NCBI RefSeq assembly: GCF_000002865.3
Contig: NW_001865079.1
Span: 19,858-83,857, forward strand
DNA length: 64,000 bases
Direction: 5' to 3'
From: Monosiga brevicollis MX1
Lineage: Eukaryota
The notes under the pieces were generated by a model. The model was not told the origin of the DNA. It did no database searches and saw nothing but the letters and a program-made list of their open reading frames with translations. Shown in pieces: positions 60,788-64,000 of the stretch. How positions within the stretch are numbered: position 1 is the first letter of the stretch; every line of letters starts with the position of its first letter. The position numbers and the translations under genes were made by a program.

Positions 60788-63160
60788 ATGTGGTGGTGGG
60801 TAACGGAGATGGCCTGGGGGTTTGATCAGCAGCTGCCAGCGCTGATGGCAGCTGGGTATGCGTTGGGTAAGTGGTGCCGCAATTGTGCAAGTTGTATAGG
60901 TGGCTGTCGTTTTTGGCAAAATGGCTCCAACACACCAGTCGTACACTTTGCTTGACACTTTGGGTCGACTGTTCCCTGTTTGGTAGCTGGCTGGACCGTT
61001 TGGCGCGGCTATCGGTCCGCCCCTGCCATGGCGGCGCTAGGAGCCGCCACCGCTGCTTGGCCCGAGGTACGCTGACTTTGGACCGCCAGCCGTGAACCTG
61101 CTGCTCGCGCGCACTGACAACAACGCCGCGTGCTTGCACGTGTATGCGCTCGACTTTGGCAGGCCGGACTAACCATCTACCTGGGTGCTGCAATCTTGCA
61201 TGCGCTCTTCGTGCTCTACATCTGGCCAATGCCACGCCTGCCAGACCCAGAGGGGCCCCACCAACACCAGCAGTGCACCCTCACCTTTGTCCCCGGTCCT
61301 GGTGAGCAGGCTGCCCGCACCTCACTCTCGCAATTTGCAAGGCGCGACCCGCATTCAAAACACCCTGCTCAACGAAGCTCACTCAAATCGAACGAACATG
61401 CAGAGGGCCCGATGCTGGTACGGATTTTCAGCCCGATTGATCAGGCGGCGCATGCTGCGCTGCCCCGGATGCCATTCAAGGATGACGTGGCTGAGTGCCA
61501 TGGGTTTGTCCAGTACGGCGCCCCGGCTGTCGTCCAGCGATATTTCGGCTGGATCCTTGACTATTGGACACACGTTGAAACCAATTTCGCCTTGGGTGAT
61601 GCCCCACCCAGCGTGCGGGATGGCCCCATCATCATCTTCTCCCACGGCAATGGCGCTTCGAGCACCATGTACCTGGGCACAATCAGCGAACTCGTCAGCC
61701 GCGGGTATGTGCCAATGCCAATCTCTCCTCCATCTGTCCTACCCATGCCCTCCCATGTTACCGCACAAATGCACTTATGTTTTTCCAGGGCTTTGCCATC
61801 TTCTTTCCAAGCGTTCTGTTCTCGAGAGTGTGTTTGAACTCTTCCACCTTGGCCATTCCATTCACCTTGACCGTGACCCTTGCAACTCGCAGAGCCATTT
61901 GTGTGTGTGTTGAACACACGGATGGTAGCGCTGGCATCACGCGAACTTCAAAGGGGGATTGGATTCCATATGACACGTCGGTCGAGCAACTGCGTAGGTA
62001 CCATCGTAGCCATGCACCCAGAGTCGTTGGATCGCTCGCCAGCCCCTCGCCTCTGTTGTTGGTTTTGGCTTTTGGTTTTTGGTTTTGGTTTGTTTTTTCA
62101 GCTTTCTGCTTTCTCGACAAGAGAGGAACCTATCCCGCAAGGGCGATGACTGCTGACTCTCGTCATTGTCCTGTGCTTGATTGCATCCCCCGTGTGTGAT
62201 GATGTGGACAGCACCGCTTCCCGATCAGATCTACCAGCGTCGACTCAAGTGCTGGCTGCGACTACGTGAAATGCGTCAACTTGTCGACTGGGGTGCGTTT
62301 TGACTCACCAAAGCAACGCTGCGCGCGCACACTTACTAAATTTGCACAGACCTCTCACCTGATGGCTGACACAGTGCGCAGCAAGGAACACCCGATCCTG
62401 GCCCAGTGCGACACAAGCAAAGTCATTGTATCTGGCCACAGCTTTGGTGGGGTGACGGCACAAGCTTTGGCCTACTCGGATATGATGCCTGAAGGTGCCA
62501 TTCAAGGCTGCCTCGTACGTCCTTTTGCCTCTCGTTTTTTTTTCCTTGTTTTTTTTTTTTTTTCTTTTCTTGTCGTTCCTGGTCTCTTTCTCTCGCATCG
62601 TTTGTATAGCATTCGTTGCCATTTTTGGTGCCGCGCTGGAAAAGGTGTGCTTTGGACTCAATCCGGGACTGTCATGCCTAAACTTCCAGGTGATTGACCC
62701 GGCCATGGATTGGGGACCAACGGGTTTGCGCCGTCTTTTGCTGGCGGGACAGGCCCAAGACGACTTTACTGAGGACTGCTCACCGCAGCACAAGGCCGCC
62801 GCCGGCCGTCTTGATGGCGTCAACTTTTTGGCCTCGCGTGCGCGTGCCGTTCCAACTACCGTCATTTACTCGGGCTCTTGGCATGCCAGCGTGCCTCGGA
62901 TGCGCAGTGCCCTCAGCAGTCTGATCACCGCCACTGGCCCCAAAGCCGTCGCCATGGTTGAGCACTGCACGCACGTCGAGCAGAGCGATGCGGGCGTCAT
63001 GCTCCCCAGTTTCGTGAGCAAGGCCCTCCACCTAGTGGGCCCCGAACGCAGCCCTGAAGCCAAGCTCCGTGACCAACGGGCAGCCTGCGTTGGCCATCTC
63101 AACTACGTCCGACAGTCCACCCCCGGTGCTCCCCTAAAGACTGACTTGTCTGTCTTATGA
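60788..63160 (+). CDS. PAF-acetylhydrolase-like alpha/beta hydrolase, spliced (start uncertain)
   Basis: PIIIFSHGNG...Y...SELVSRG, VEHTDGSA, the nucleophile motif VSGHSFGGVTA, IDP, and H..QSD. Confidence 0.82.
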
Positions 63161-63305
63161 CGCAGCATCGAAAACACGCTTACACCCTCTTGATGAGGTT
63201 TTTTAATTTCCAGAGGTGTTTTGAGATGACTGGCACACAAGTGTAGATCTGTCACACATTTCAGTTTTAAAATTTCGCGCCAAAAATTTCATCGTTTCAA
63301 ATTCA

Positions 63306-63308
<3 letters not shown>

Positions 63309-63388
<80 letters not shown>
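63309..63388. repeat. (CT)n microsatellite
   Basis: Perfect CT run. Confidence 0.95.
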
Positions 63389-63390
<2 letters not shown>

Positions 63391-63427
63391 GTCTGAGTGT
63401 GTGGCGTTGAAACGGCAGCCAGTCACA

Positions 63428-64000
63428 ATGTCGGCGCGTCGTACTAGTCGGCGCCGGGTGCAGGAGACCCTGGGACCAGAGTTGATTGGCTTGTCGGCTG
63501 GTCATCGTGCACCCCGCGATGCCAAGCGCAAGAGTGATGGCTCGTACGACATGGATGACTTTTTCAGCGACCGCTCAGGTACTCGCGCGCGCGCGCGCGC
63601 CGTTGAACCTCGATCAGGGGCAGACAAGCCTTTGAGGCCGGCAACCCGTGGTCCACTTGCTCATGCCACTTTGAACGTTGTGCTTTGAACCTTTTAGAAC
63701 CCGTGGACGACTTGGAGGATAGCCAAGACCTCCCCTCCCCCGTGTCCACTGCTCCCCCCTCGACCCGAGCCGTAAGCCTGTTTGCCCTGCGCGTATGCCG
63801 TGCTTTACTCTCCCGCATCGCCTTCACCTTGATGCATCTGCCCCCTTGACTTGAACTTTCCATCTCTGACACACACGCACGTGCACACGCACACACTGCC
63901 TCATTGACGTATTCACACCCCGTGCCGCTCTCCGATCAGACGCTGGGAAAGAAGGGTCCAATCTCTCGAGTCACCTCGACGCCGGCCGTCTCCTCTCCCC
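63428..64000 (+). CDS. 5' end of a spliced gene, possibly CENP-C/Mif2 (truncated by window end)
   Basis: Exon 1 has IGLSAGHRAPRDAKRKSDGSYDMDDFFSD, which resembles the Mif2/Cnp3 N-terminal motif. Ser/Pro-rich exons follow (~63698, ~63940). Confidence 0.45.

Overview
Intron-rich eukaryotic genomic DNA with GT-AG introns, CT/CA microsatellites and two N gaps. Gene content and style suggest a choanoflagellate such as Monosiga brevicollis (inference). The first ~11 kb is a repeat-rich, partly decayed region: a ~202-bp repeat family, a C2H2 zinc-finger remnant, and a coiled-coil/FunK1-like kinase interrupted by a 7-bp duplication. The rest is mostly ordinary genes: U1A/U2B''-like snRNP, 5'-nucleotidase, NudE, HS2ST-like sulfotransferase, BTBD19, U-box/ankyrin protein, cation/H+ antiporter, cystathionine gamma-lyase, ERp29, Hsp110-like/TPR, PLAC8, PAF-AH-like hydrolase and a probable CENP-C N-terminus. 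There is also an intronless, bacterial-type YtfG/QorB gene. The standout system is two intact, divergently oriented paralogs (11131-17596 minus; 47089-52893 plus). Each encodes an ankyrin array, a helical/coiled-coil region, an atypical kinase and a PARP-type ADP-ribosyltransferase with an intact H-Y-E triad. Every ankyrin repeat sits on its own phase-0 exon (10 vs 8 cassettes) with variable binding-face residues, while the enzyme domains show purifying selection. This looks like a diversifying sensor-effector (immune-like) gene family. All exon models and family calls were made by eye, without database searches.
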